NCBI GenBank assembly: GCA_963720755.1
Contig: CAVRGP010000015.1
Location: forward strand, 256,001 to 320,000
DNA: 64,000 nt
Reading direction: 5' to 3'
Source: an uncultured Chloroflexia bacterium
GTDB lineage: Bacteria > Chloroflexota > Limnocylindria > Limnocylindrales > CSP1-4
Position 1 is the first letter of the stretch. Every line of letters begins with the position of its first letter. Positions 8,866 through 17,916 of the stretch are shown piece by piece. The notes under the pieces were generated by a model that was given only the letters and a program-made list of their open reading frames with translations, was not told where the DNA came from and ran no database searches. The position numbers were made by a program, and so were the translations under genes.

Positions 8866-10212
8866 ATGGCCGATCCGTCGAGCTCGCCTGGCCGGGACGA
8901 AGCCACCGAGAAGTTGCTCGACGCTGCCGACTCGCTTGGGGTCGAGATCGACCGCGACGAGGCGGAGCGTTGGATCGAGGCCATGTCGGCCGATGCGTCC
9001 GGGACCGTCGAGATCGACGTGAACTCGGGCGTCTACGGCCACCGGGTCACGATGGTGGACTACGACCCCGTCCATCTCGCGAGATTTCGTCGGATGGCGG
9101 CGATCGTCGGGTTCGAGGACCGGCCACCGCAGGTCACGACGGCGCTCGCATTATCCGGCTCGGCTGCACAGAGCCGGATCCAGCGGTTCCCGGCCGACGC
9201 CGACTTCTTCGAGCGGATCCACATCCGGGCCGACACCCGGGAAGCGGCTTGCGACATCCTGGCGACGGTCATCCGGGACAAGGCACGGTCGACGGTCGGG
9301 CACGACGGGCACCGGCTCCAGGAAGTCAAGTTCGGGAGCTGGCCGGAGGACGGTGTCGCGGACGGCGTGGCCGTGCGTCGCGGATCGCCGGTCTCGTGGA
9401 CAGCGAAGCAGGTCGAGGCCGGCTTCGTCGACGTCGTGCGATCCGATGGCACCAGCGATCGATTGGGTTGGGGCGACGTCGCGCTGGATCCGGGCTGGTG
9501 CAAGCTCGACTGGGTCATCGCGGATCCAGTCGGCGGTGGCCTCGCCAACGTTTCGAACGTTCTGGATCCGACCTGGGAAGCCCCCGACGGGACGATCACC
9601 CCGCTGGATGGCTACCTCGATCCGTACTTCCAGGAGGTCTACCTCGAGACCGATTCGATCCCGCTGTTCACAAAACTCGTCAAGGAACTTGGCGCGGACT
9701 CGGTCGCCGAGTACGTGGAGCGGCTGACCGAGGAGGTCTACAAGTACACGGTCAAGGAACCCAATTACGGCAAGGCGGCCAGACGGATGTACAACATCTT
9801 CCGGTTGACCGGCCGCTACGTCGAGGCTGCCTACGTCCGCGAACTGTTCGACGAGCCGGTCACGGCGCTCTACCAGGTCGCCGCACTCCTCCGGACACTC
9901 GACGAAGCGGCCGACGCGGGCGACACGTTCGAGACGGACGCGATGGTCGGCCAGCTCGATCAGCTGATCATGTCCGCGATCACCGCACTCGAAGGGCGTG
10001 ACGAAGCCGAGATGGTCCGCCGGCTGCTTCACCTGCGCGACGCGATCAGCCGTCGTGCCGACGCCTCGGAACGGGCCGCCGACATCGCCGCGGTCCGCGA
10101 CGACGCCATGACCGCGGTCAACGTCTATTTCGAACGGGTGCTGACGGCCGTTCCCAGTATCGCGGCGTATCTGGATGACATCGCAGACCTGCACGGAGGG
10201 AGATCGGGATGA
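8866..10212 (+). CDS. Uncharacterised Pol-beta-superfamily nucleotidyltransferase-like protein
   Basis: LALSGS-x11-DADFF catalytic-like motif, candidate third Asp in CKLDWVI, helical C-terminus; no signal peptide; GAGAGG SD. Confidence 0.65.
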   Translation: MADPSSSPGRDEATEKLLDAADSLGVEIDRDEAERWIEAMSADASGTVEIDVNSGVYGHRVTMVDYDPVHLARFRRMAAIVGFEDRPPQVTTALALSGSAAQSRIQRFPADADFFERIHIRADTREAACDILATVIRDKARSTVGHDGHRLQEVKFGSWPEDGVADGVAVRRGSPVSWTAKQVEAGFVDVVRSDGTSDRLGWGDVALDPGWCKLDWVIADPVGGGLANVSNVLDPTWEAPDGTITPLDGYLDPYFQEVYLETDSIPLFTKLVKELGADSVAEYVERLTEEVYKYTVKEPNYGKAARRMYNIFRLTGRYVEAAYVRELFDEPVTALYQVAALLRTLDEAADAGDTFETDAMVGQLDQLIMSAITALEGRDEAEMVRRLLHLRDAISRRADASERAADIAAVRDDAMTAVNVYFERVLTAVPSIAAYLDDIADLHGGRSG

Positions 10213-10832
10213 GACAGCGTCGCAAGTTGAACGGGTCCGTGTTCCTCGGCATCGTGTTGATGGCCGGTGCGTGCAGCAGCGGATCGACGACCGAACCGTC
10301 GGCGGCGCCGGATCTCGGAGCCGGTCCGTCTCAGCCGACCTCGGTCTCGACGCCGGGCAGCACGGCCGCCCCGGCATCGGATGGCCCAGCGGCCGACGGT
10401 GCGCTTGGGGCGGTCGTCAACGTCGCCGGCCACACGTACACGTTCCTGCCCGGACCCTATGGTGTCTGTGGTTATCGAGACGACGGCGCGATCACCTTCT
10501 CCGGCGGCACGAGCGACTTCGACCCGGCGGTCGGCGGTGGGGCGAGCGCAGCATTCTTGATCCAGATCGACGGCTGGCAGGATCCCGATCCGGACCTGGC
10601 CAACGACGGCGACCCCTACATCAATATCAGCGACTATGTCGATGGCCTGCACTGGAACTCCGGCCTTGGCCCGTTCACAGGTGGTGTTACCTACGCGGAT
10701 AGTCACATCGAGTCGTCGACGCTCGTGGGCGGCCGGGCCGAAGGATCGGCCCTGTTCGTCGAGCTGCAGAAAACGTCGGGCCAGGAGCCGCCCGTGTCGA
10801 TCCCGGGGACGTTCGAGATCACCTGCGAATGA
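10209..10832 (+). CDS. Lipoprotein, paralogue of 8247-8840
   Basis: ATGA overlap with the NTase; VFLGIVLMAGA-C lipobox; GVCGY...SIPGTFEITCE matches SITGTFEVSC. Confidence 0.8.
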   Translation: MRQRRKLNGSVFLGIVLMAGACSSGSTTEPSAAPDLGAGPSQPTSVSTPGSTAAPASDGPAADGALGAVVNVAGHTYTFLPGPYGVCGYRDDGAITFSGGTSDFDPAVGGGASAAFLIQIDGWQDPDPDLANDGDPYINISDYVDGLHWNSGLGPFTGGVTYADSHIESSTLVGGRAEGSALFVELQKTSGQEPPVSIPGTFEITCE

Positions 10833-11719
10833 GCTGGCGTCGATATCGGGTGGCTGACGTGTCGCTGACCGGGGGCTTTCGGACGTGGATGATCATCATG
10901 GCCTGCGCGCTGGCCGCCTGCGGGGGGACGTCTGATCCGGCCGGTGGCGGATCGGCCTCCGATCCGGGTGGGCCACCCGCCTCACCCGAGACGACGAACG
11001 ACAGCAGTGGCGATAACGCGCCGGTCACCGCCACAGTCGACGGCACGACCTACGGGTACCCGGCCGGGACCTGTGACGTTGGCGGCGATCGGGTCCAGGT
11101 CCATGCAGCCCGAATGGACGTACTGGCCACGGTCGATGTCCGATGGCTCGGCGACGGCGGCAGGGAGACGTTCGATGTCGTCCACACGGGTGGACAGGAC
11201 CCGCAGCCGCCGACCCCGTTCGACCTTCATGCGAGCCCGAACGATGCGGACACCACCTGGGACGTGAGCGTCGACGGGAATAGCGCGGTGATCGTGGCCC
11301 GGATGCTCGACCGATCGCCTGCAGGAGCCGGCGGATACCACGACGTCACGATCAACGTCCAGTGCAACGAGCGTGGGTTCGGCGGCTTTGAGGCACCCGA
11401 GACGAATGTGCCTCAGACGGAGCTGCCGGTGGCGACGTCGGCGGGCGAGAGCGCGATCGCTCTCGAGCTGGGCGGCACGACCTACTCGTGGACGTACCCC
11501 GGCTGTGCGGCGGCCGAAGCCAGCGGGTTCGTGGCCGTGAACCCGGCGCTCGACCGGCTGTTCGTGACGGCCGGTGAGATGACGCTGAGCCTGGCCGATG
11601 GCACCACCTGGACGGCGACGGGCGCGCAGCTCTCGATCTCCGGTGGTTCGGCGACCTGGACGGGGACGATGGCTTCGACCTCCGGCTCACAGCCGGCGAC
11701 CCTCACGATCGCTTGCTGA
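10829..11719 (+). CDS. Lipoprotein with two tandem copies of the two-Cys domain
   Basis: ATGA overlap; IIMACALAA-C lipobox; VDGTTY..GTC...INVQC and LGGTTY..PGC...LTIAC. Confidence 0.75.
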   Translation: MSWRRYRVADVSLTGGFRTWMIIMACALAACGGTSDPAGGGSASDPGGPPASPETTNDSSGDNAPVTATVDGTTYGYPAGTCDVGGDRVQVHAARMDVLATVDVRWLGDGGRETFDVVHTGGQDPQPPTPFDLHASPNDADTTWDVSVDGNSAVIVARMLDRSPAGAGGYHDVTINVQCNERGFGGFEAPETNVPQTELPVATSAGESAIALELGGTTYSWTYPGCAAAEASGFVAVNPALDRLFVTAGEMTLSLADGTTWTATGAQLSISGGSATWTGTMASTSGSQPATLTIAC

Positions 11720-11754
11720 GTGTGTGCCTGACCGGGTAGGTCAAGTGGAGCAGG

Positions 11755-14673
11755 TCAAGACTGACCGGCGATGAGCCGCAACTCCTCGACCAGCCGGCCG
11801 GCGAACACGGTCGTCGGGATGGAGCTGAGTTCCGGCCGCTCGCCCGTGGCAGCCAGACCGGCGGCGATCCGAGCTCGGTAGCCGGGCGTGGCGGCGTGGC
11901 GATCATCCAGCGGGATCCATCCGTACTCGCGATGGACGCGATCGAACTGGTCCAGCAGTTGTGCCGCCATCTGCCAGGCTTCCCGGTCGATGAGGAGCGG
12001 AAGCGCGCCAAAGGCATTGAGCACGAAGTAGATCGCGTGCTGCCGTGCGGTGAGATCGAGTGCTTCGACGATGGCCTTCGCGGCTTCGGCCGGATCGCCC
12101 CATTTCGCCTCGACGAGACCACGCTGGGCCAGGGCTCCCGACCGGACCCGGCGGTCGTTGGCCCGATCGGCAAGGATCAGCGCCCGGTCGAGGTGCGCTC
12201 GCGCTGTCGCCTCATCGTCGTCGTGCCAGGCTGCGAGTGAGAGATGCCGATGGCCGACCGAGGCGATCCGCGGGTAATCCTCGGCCTCGAGGAAGGCGGT
12301 GGCGCCGATCAGGATGGCCTCGGCCAGATCCCGGTCGGCCCCATAGGCGGCCTGCATCCCGATGACCACCCGGCACTCCGCAGCGGCGACCCGGTCGCCA
12401 GCCGCCTCGTAGGTCGAGATCGCCTGGTTGATCAGCGAGACACCTTCGCTCGGCCGACGGTGGATCTGGACGCGGCCCATGCCGTACAGGCCGCGCGCTT
12501 CGCGACGCCGGTCGCCCAGTCGGATGGCCAGGTCACGAACCTCCGCGCTCATCGCTGCCGACTCGTCGTAGTGGCCGACGAAGAACGCCATCCCACTCGC
12601 TGCGGCCAGGATGTCGATCCGGCTCGAGTCGTCGCTGGCGAAGGCGAGACACTCCCGGAGCCAGCGCTGGCCCTCGGAAGCGAGGAAGCGACTGATCCAG
12701 AACTGCGCCAGGCCGGCCGCGATCTCGGCCGCCTGGGCGGCCCGATCAGTGTCGAGGAGGTGGCGCATCGCGATGCGATGGTCGGCGATGCTGGCCTCGA
12801 CCTCGTTCAGTGCGGCTGCTTCCATCGACGTGAAGGCAGCGGCATCGGTCGCTCGGGCGGCCGCGACGGACCAATCGGCATGTCGGTCGCGGGCGGCTCG
12901 CGACTGACGCGAGGAAGTCAGTCTCCGGAGCCCGAAGTCGCGCACCGGCTCGAGCATCCGATACCGCACGGCACCGTCGCGGGCTCGTTCCGGCACGAGC
13001 AGTGATGCCTCGACGAGTCGACACAGCGTGTCGTCGATCGTCCTGGGGTCGTCGGTATCGACGCAGACGCTGCCGAACGCGCCCGCCGTGAACGTGTCGA
13101 CGAAGGCGGACGCCCTCGCCAGGACCTGTCGATCCACGGTGTCGAGCAGCGCGACACTCCGGGCGATCGCGTCGGCAACCGACGCATCGTCGTCGGGGCC
13201 TGACCCCTCCGGGCGTGCGCCGGCCGGCCTCTGTCGGCCGGCGAAGGTCAGACCGGCCGCTCGGTGCAGATCGAGCGAGACGACCCGCCGTGCTGCCAGT
13301 TCCACGGCGAGCGGCATCCCACCGGTCCTCCGACAGAGGGCGAGCAACTCCTCGGCGTCGGCAGCCCTGAGGTCGATCCGTGGATCCGCGTCCCGGACTC
13401 GATCGGCCATCATCTGGAGCGTTGCCGACTCCCACATGCCGTCGGTCATCTCGGGCAGTGACAGCGGTCGGAGCGGCCAGACCGTCTCGCCGGCGATACC
13501 GAGACGCCGGCGGCTCGTGGCCAGGATCCGCACCCGGTCGCCGTGGAGTCGCGTCCCGAGCAACCGGCGGACCTCGGCAATCACATGCTCGCAGTTGTCG
13601 ATGATGATCAATGCCGGACGCGGCGCAAGGAGTCGGTAGAGCTCGTCGAGTTCGTCGACCCGGTCATCGATCGCCAGGACCGAGGTGATCGTGGATAGGA
13701 CATCGGCCTCGGTCCTCGTGCCCGAAAGCCTGACTAGCCAGACGCCGGCATGGTGTGCGTCGAGACGTCGGGACCCGAGCTCGATCGCGAGTCTGGTCTT
13801 GCCGATGCCGGGTGGTCCGGTGATGGTGACGAGATGATGACGGTCTGCGGCCGCGCTGACCGCGGCAAGGTCGCCCTCGCGGCCGACGAAGGTCGAGTCC
13901 ACGAACGGGACGTTATGCGCTCCGCTTGCGCCGGGCAGGTCGATCAACGCAGGATCGTGGTTGTGGACCCGCGTCTCGAGCGCCTGGAGACGCGGCCCGG
14001 GGGTCACCGCCAGCTCCGCGTCGAGCGTCTCGCGAGCCGTCTTGAGCGTCGCCCGGGCGTCGGAGGCTCGGCCCGCCATGGAGTAGGCCAGCACCAGTTC
14101 CTCCCACAGCGACTCGTTGAGCGGCTGTTCGGCGACAAGCTGTCGGAGGAGCGCGATCGATTCCGACACGCGGCCCTGCAGGTTGAGCGCACGCGCCTGG
14201 GTGGTCCGAGCAGCGATGAGCAACTCGACCAGGCGGTCACGCTCGCCGCGTGCCTCCTCGACGTCGGCCAGCTCCGGGTATGGCTCACCGCGCCACAGTC
14301 GTGCCGCGCGGGCGCCGATGTCGCCGGCATCCCGGAACCGGCCCTGGGCCAGATGGCGTCCGGCGCGAGCGACCAGGGTGGTGAACTGGCGGACATCGAA
14401 CTCATGTCCTTCCAGATGCAGCAGGTACCCGTCCCGATGGAGTTGGATGACACCGGGCACCCGGCGTCGGAGGGCGGACAGGTGGACGTGGATCGCCCGG
14501 CCCGCGGTCGCCGGCGGTGTCTCGCCCCACATCCGGTCGATCAAGGTATCGATCGGGAGTGGCGCCTCCGGGTTCACCAGGAAGGACGCGAGGAGGCGTC
14601 GGTGGGCGGGACGCAACGGGATCGCCTGTCCGTCAGACAGCACGATCAGGGTTCCGAGGGCCTCGAATCTCAT
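11755..14673 (-). CDS. AfsR/SARP-family transcriptional activator (wHTH-BTAD, STAND ATPase, TPR)
   Basis: Likely start MRFEALGTL at 14673; LIDRMWGETPP..HVHLSALRR (wHTH); LWRGEP, QPLNESLW (BTAD); FVGRE, GPPGIGKT, IIDNCEH; TPR-like tail. Confidence 0.9.
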   Translation of the reverse strand: MRFEALGTLIVLSDGQAIPLRPAHRRLLASFLVNPEAPLPIDTLIDRMWGETPPATAGRAIHVHLSALRRRVPGVIQLHRDGYLLHLEGHEFDVRQFTTLVARAGRHLAQGRFRDAGDIGARAARLWRGEPYPELADVEEARGERDRLVELLIAARTTQARALNLQGRVSESIALLRQLVAEQPLNESLWEELVLAYSMAGRASDARATLKTARETLDAELAVTPGPRLQALETRVHNHDPALIDLPGASGAHNVPFVDSTFVGREGDLAAVSAAADRHHLVTITGPPGIGKTRLAIELGSRRLDAHHAGVWLVRLSGTRTEADVLSTITSVLAIDDRVDELDELYRLLAPRPALIIIDNCEHVIAEVRRLLGTRLHGDRVRILATSRRRLGIAGETVWPLRPLSLPEMTDGMWESATLQMMADRVRDADPRIDLRAADAEELLALCRRTGGMPLAVELAARRVVSLDLHRAAGLTFAGRQRPAGARPEGSGPDDDASVADAIARSVALLDTVDRQVLARASAFVDTFTAGAFGSVCVDTDDPRTIDDTLCRLVEASLLVPERARDGAVRYRMLEPVRDFGLRRLTSSRQSRAARDRHADWSVAAARATDAAAFTSMEAAALNEVEASIADHRIAMRHLLDTDRAAQAAEIAAGLAQFWISRFLASEGQRWLRECLAFASDDSSRIDILAAASGMAFFVGHYDESAAMSAEVRDLAIRLGDRRREARGLYGMGRVQIHRRPSEGVSLINQAISTYEAAGDRVAAAECRVVIGMQAAYGADRDLAEAILIGATAFLEAEDYPRIASVGHRHLSLAAWHDDDEATARAHLDRALILADRANDRRVRSGALAQRGLVEAKWGDPAEAAKAIVEALDLTARQHAIYFVLNAFGALPLLIDREAWQMAAQLLDQFDRVHREYGWIPLDDRHAATPGYRARIAAGLAATGERPELSSIPTTVFAGRLVEELRLIAGQS

Positions 14674-14797
14674 GTCATCGCGCCCGCGGCGTCGTAGCCC
14701 CTGGACGCCTGCATCGAGGATGCGCGGCGGCACGGTCGCGGGCAGGAGCGGGCCGGTTCCATGCCTGATGATACCTAGGTCGGCGGGACCCTCGACG

Positions 14798-15793
14798 CTA
14801 CCTGGCGAGCGTTCGCCGGTACGCCGCTGCCCGACTGTGGACCTCGAACCCAAGGCCCTCGTACAACCCCAGCGCGCCGTTGGGGTTCTCCGAGTCCACG
14901 CCGAGCATCGCTTCATCCAGACCAGCGTCCCGGAACCGCCTGAGGGATTCGGCGGTGATCGCGCGAGCGAGACCACGACGGCGCCACGGCCGACGCACGC
15001 TGATGTGTTCCAGCCAGCCGCGCTTGATACCCAGCCGTTGGTTCTCCTCCGCCCAGACCCAGTTCTGGACGACGCCGGCAACCTCGTCGCCGTCCCAGGC
15101 CACGACCCACAGGTTCGTGTCGAGACCATCCCGTCCGAACGTCTTGGCGAAGTCGCTGTCGCCCATCTCGCGGTGGCCCCAATGGTCCCGGAACGCCTCG
15201 TTCTCCGCATCGACGACCTGGCGACGCTGGTCCTCGCGGATCGTCCGGACCTCCAGCCCATCGGGGAGGGGAGCGTCGGGGATGTCATCGAGCGAACGTC
15301 GGCGCATCAGGAAGAAGTGCCGGACCGGCTCGAAGCCGGCGTCCGCCAGGAGCCTGCAATGGCCGATCTCGGCATCCTCGGCAAAGGATCCAAGACCGAC
15401 CTCGGTGTCAGCATCTTCGACCGCGGCCCTCGCTCCGGCTCGCGCGATCGCCCAGGCCTGGAGCCAGCGACCGAGTCCGCGTCGACGAAAGCCCGGATCC
15501 ACGGAGCCCCAGATGTCGTAGATCGGGACGTCATCCCGGATGACGCGCTCCAGTCCCGTCGCCGCGATCACCCGACCGTCGACTTCGACCAGGATGACGT
15601 CGTCGGCCGGGTCCACCCCCTCCGAGCTCTCCATATCGATCTGCAGATCAGAGGCGGTCGGCAGGTACGGGATCTGGTCGAACGCGTTCGCGGTGGCGAT
15701 GAGATCGGCGAGTCGCGCGTAGTCCGAAGCGTCGCCGAACCGGCAACCGACCGCGCCCTCGACGGGCGACGCCTGGAGGTCCGTGATCGTCAT
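14798..15793 (-). CDS. Tandem-GNAT N-acetyltransferase (MshD-like architecture)
   Basis: Two AcCoA motifs, VDPGFRRRGLG and VRRPWRRRGLA; NPNGALGLYEGLGF; start MTITDL at 15793. Confidence 0.88.
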   Translation of the reverse strand: MTITDLQASPVEGAVGCRFGDASDYARLADLIATANAFDQIPYLPTASDLQIDMESSEGVDPADDVILVEVDGRVIAATGLERVIRDDVPIYDIWGSVDPGFRRRGLGRWLQAWAIARAGARAAVEDADTEVGLGSFAEDAEIGHCRLLADAGFEPVRHFFLMRRRSLDDIPDAPLPDGLEVRTIREDQRRQVVDAENEAFRDHWGHREMGDSDFAKTFGRDGLDTNLWVVAWDGDEVAGVVQNWVWAEENQRLGIKRGWLEHISVRRPWRRRGLARAITAESLRRFRDAGLDEAMLGVDSENPNGALGLYEGLGFEVHSRAAAYRRTLAR

Positions 15794-16824
15794 GCCTCGA
15801 ATGTACGCCGGTAGGCGCCCTCGCGTCGGTAGACCTCGAAGCCGACGCCCTCGTAGAGCTGCACCGCTCCATTCGGGTTCGTCGCATCGACACCGAGCAT
15901 CGCCTCGGTCAAGCCCTTCGCCCGCAACCGTTCCAACGAGGTGACGGTGAGCGCGCGCGCCAGACCACGACGACGCCACTCGCGCCGGACGCAGACCGTC
16001 TCGAGCCATCCGCGTTCGACACCGAGGTCGGCGTTCTCGTCGGCCCAGATCCAGTTCTCGACGACGCCGGCGACCTGATCGCCGTCCCACGCGACTGCCC
16101 ACAACGAGGTGTCGATCTCCTTGTGGGCGAAGCTCACCTCGAAATCGTGGTCCGTTCCCTCGCGATGACCCCAATGGTCGCGGAAGGCCTCCACCTCGGC
16201 GTCGTAGATCGCCCGATGCTGGTCTGGCGTCACCGCCCGTACCTCGAGACCATCGGGCATCGCCACGGGCGGGATCGACGCGCCGAGGTCGCGACGCATC
16301 AGGTAGAACTGCCGCACACGTTCGAATCGTTCGTGGGTGAGCAGGGCGATCGCGCCATGCTCACCGTCATCGGCGCCCGACTGGACGATGATCGGGCGAC
16401 CCGGCTGGATGTCGGCTGCCCGGTCGCGGACTCGCTGGAGGTTCCACGCCAGCAGGGCACGACCGATCCCACGCCGGCGGACAGCCGGATGGACATGGCC
16501 GTAGACCTGGAACATCTGCTCGCCGTCGCGAACGACCGATTCCGATCCGGCCGAGGCGACGACCGTTCCGCCGAGTTCGACCATGACGAAGTCGCGGACG
16601 GGGTCGAACCCCGGGTCGCCTTCCTTTCGGAGACGCAACTGCTGTGCGGTCGGCAACCACGGGATCCCGTCGGCCCGGCTCGCCGTTCGGAGCAGGGACG
16701 CGAGCGGTTCGTAGTCGTCCACGCCCATCCAGGCCCGAGCCTGGAGGCCGGGGATCGGCGGCAGGCCATCCACGATGGGCGGACTGGTCGGCACATTCGT
16801 GGTCGTGGTCGTGGTCGTGGTCAT
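15790..16824 (-). CDS. Tandem-GNAT N-acetyltransferase, paralogue of the adjacent gene
   Basis: VHPAVRRRGIG and VRREWRRRGLA; shared EAFRDHWGHRE and AWDGD.VAGVV.NW; start MTTTTTTTT at 16824. Confidence 0.88.
   Translation of the reverse strand: MTTTTTTTTNVPTSPPIVDGLPPIPGLQARAWMGVDDYEPLASLLRTASRADGIPWLPTAQQLRLRKEGDPGFDPVRDFVMVELGGTVVASAGSESVVRDGEQMFQVYGHVHPAVRRRGIGRALLAWNLQRVRDRAADIQPGRPIIVQSGADDGEHGAIALLTHERFERVRQFYLMRRDLGASIPPVAMPDGLEVRAVTPDQHRAIYDAEVEAFRDHWGHREGTDHDFEVSFAHKEIDTSLWAVAWDGDQVAGVVENWIWADENADLGVERGWLETVCVRREWRRRGLARALTVTSLERLRAKGLTEAMLGVDATNPNGAVQLYEGVGFEVYRREGAYRRTFEA
16798..16821. repeat. (CGTGGT)x4 hexamer tandem repeat encoding poly-Thr
   Basis: Four perfect copies directly after the start codon of the minus-strand GNAT. 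Confidence 0.85.
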
Positions 16825-17915
16825 CGGTCCCTCCCGTATTTTCGTTCCATGTGTTCGCCGACGGACTTGCTGATGAGCTTCCATGTGCGGCGGTGCTCCG
16901 CCCGCGCCCGTGGGTCACCCTCGCGGGCGAGTCGTGCCGATTCACGTTCGAGCTTGCGGTGGCTGGCGAGGCGATCCTCGGTCAACCGCCCATCGGCCAG
17001 CGCGGCCTGGATCGCGCAGCCCGGCTCGCCGTCGTGCCCGCAGTCGCTGAAGCGGCAGGTGGCGGCGATGTCGACGATGTCGTCGAACGCCTCGTCGACG
17101 CCCTCGTCCGCTCCGAGCACTTCGAGGGCCCGGATCCCGGGGGTATCGACGAGCAGGGCGCCATCCGGCAGTTCGAACAGTTCGCGATGGGTCGTCGTAT
17201 GCCGGCCCCGCGAGTCGGATGCCCGGACCTCGCTGGTCGCCTGGCGATCCTCGCCGAGGAGTGCGTTCACGAGGGTGGACTTGCCGACCCCCGACGATCC
17301 GAGGATGGCTGCCGTCGTGCCCGGCCGGAGGTGGGTGCGGAGCGCATCGAGGCCCTGGCCGGTCCACGCGGACACGGCGACCACGGCGACACCGGCAGCG
17401 ATCGCGTCGACGGCCACCAGGCGACCGTCGACGTCGTCGGCCAGGTCCGCCTTGTTGAGGACGACGACGGGGGTGATCGCACTCGACCAGGCGACGGCGA
17501 GATAGCGCTCGATCCGGCGCAGGTTGAAGTCGTTGTCGAGCCCGGCGACGAGGAGGGCGACATCGACGTTGGCCGCCATGACCTGCTCGTCATCAAGGCG
17601 GCTCCCGCGCCTCGAACCGTCCGCGGCCATCCGCTTGAAGACGGTTCGTCGAGGCAGGATGGTGGCGACGACGTCATCCTGGTCGACGCTCACCCAGTCA
17701 CCGACCGTCGGGAAGTCCGAGTGCGCGAGGGCATCGAACCTGAACGACCCTGAGACCGTCGCCGGTCGATCCCCGCGGTCGTCCCGGACGATGGACGTCT
17801 CGCGATGGACGGCCACGACGCGCGCCGGACGGTGGCCGGCGCGCGCGACGGCCGCGAAGGCGTCGGCCCAGCCGGTGTCCCATCCGAGCGCGTCGAGCCG
17901 GTCGGTGGCCACCAC
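16821..17915 (-). CDS. rsgA: Ribosome small subunit-dependent GTPase A (long LGW-type form)
   Basis: PTVGDWV, NKAD, GSSGVGKST, GRHTTT, DTPG, CRFSDCGHDGEPGC zinc site. Confidence 0.93.
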   Translation of the reverse strand: MVATDRLDALGWDTGWADAFAAVARAGHRPARVVAVHRETSIVRDDRGDRPATVSGSFRFDALAHSDFPTVGDWVSVDQDDVVATILPRRTVFKRMAADGSRRGSRLDDEQVMAANVDVALLVAGLDNDFNLRRIERYLAVAWSSAITPVVVLNKADLADDVDGRLVAVDAIAAGVAVVAVSAWTGQGLDALRTHLRPGTTAAILGSSGVGKSTLVNALLGEDRQATSEVRASDSRGRHTTTHRELFELPDGALLVDTPGIRALEVLGADEGVDEAFDDIVDIAATCRFSDCGHDGEPGCAIQAALADGRLTEDRLASHRKLERESARLAREGDPRARAEHRRTWKLISKSVGEHMERKYGRDR

Positions 17916-17916
17916 C

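Noticed and set aside
8866-10212. Calling the NTase locus a CBASS or toxin-antitoxin system
   Set aside because: No Cap effector, E1/E2/JAB, HEPN or antitoxin gene is adjacent, and family membership cannot be established by eye.
14674-15288. N-terminal extension of the 1177-aa regulator ORF
   Set aside because: It overlaps the GNAT gene in another frame; the SARP domain begins at ATG 14673.
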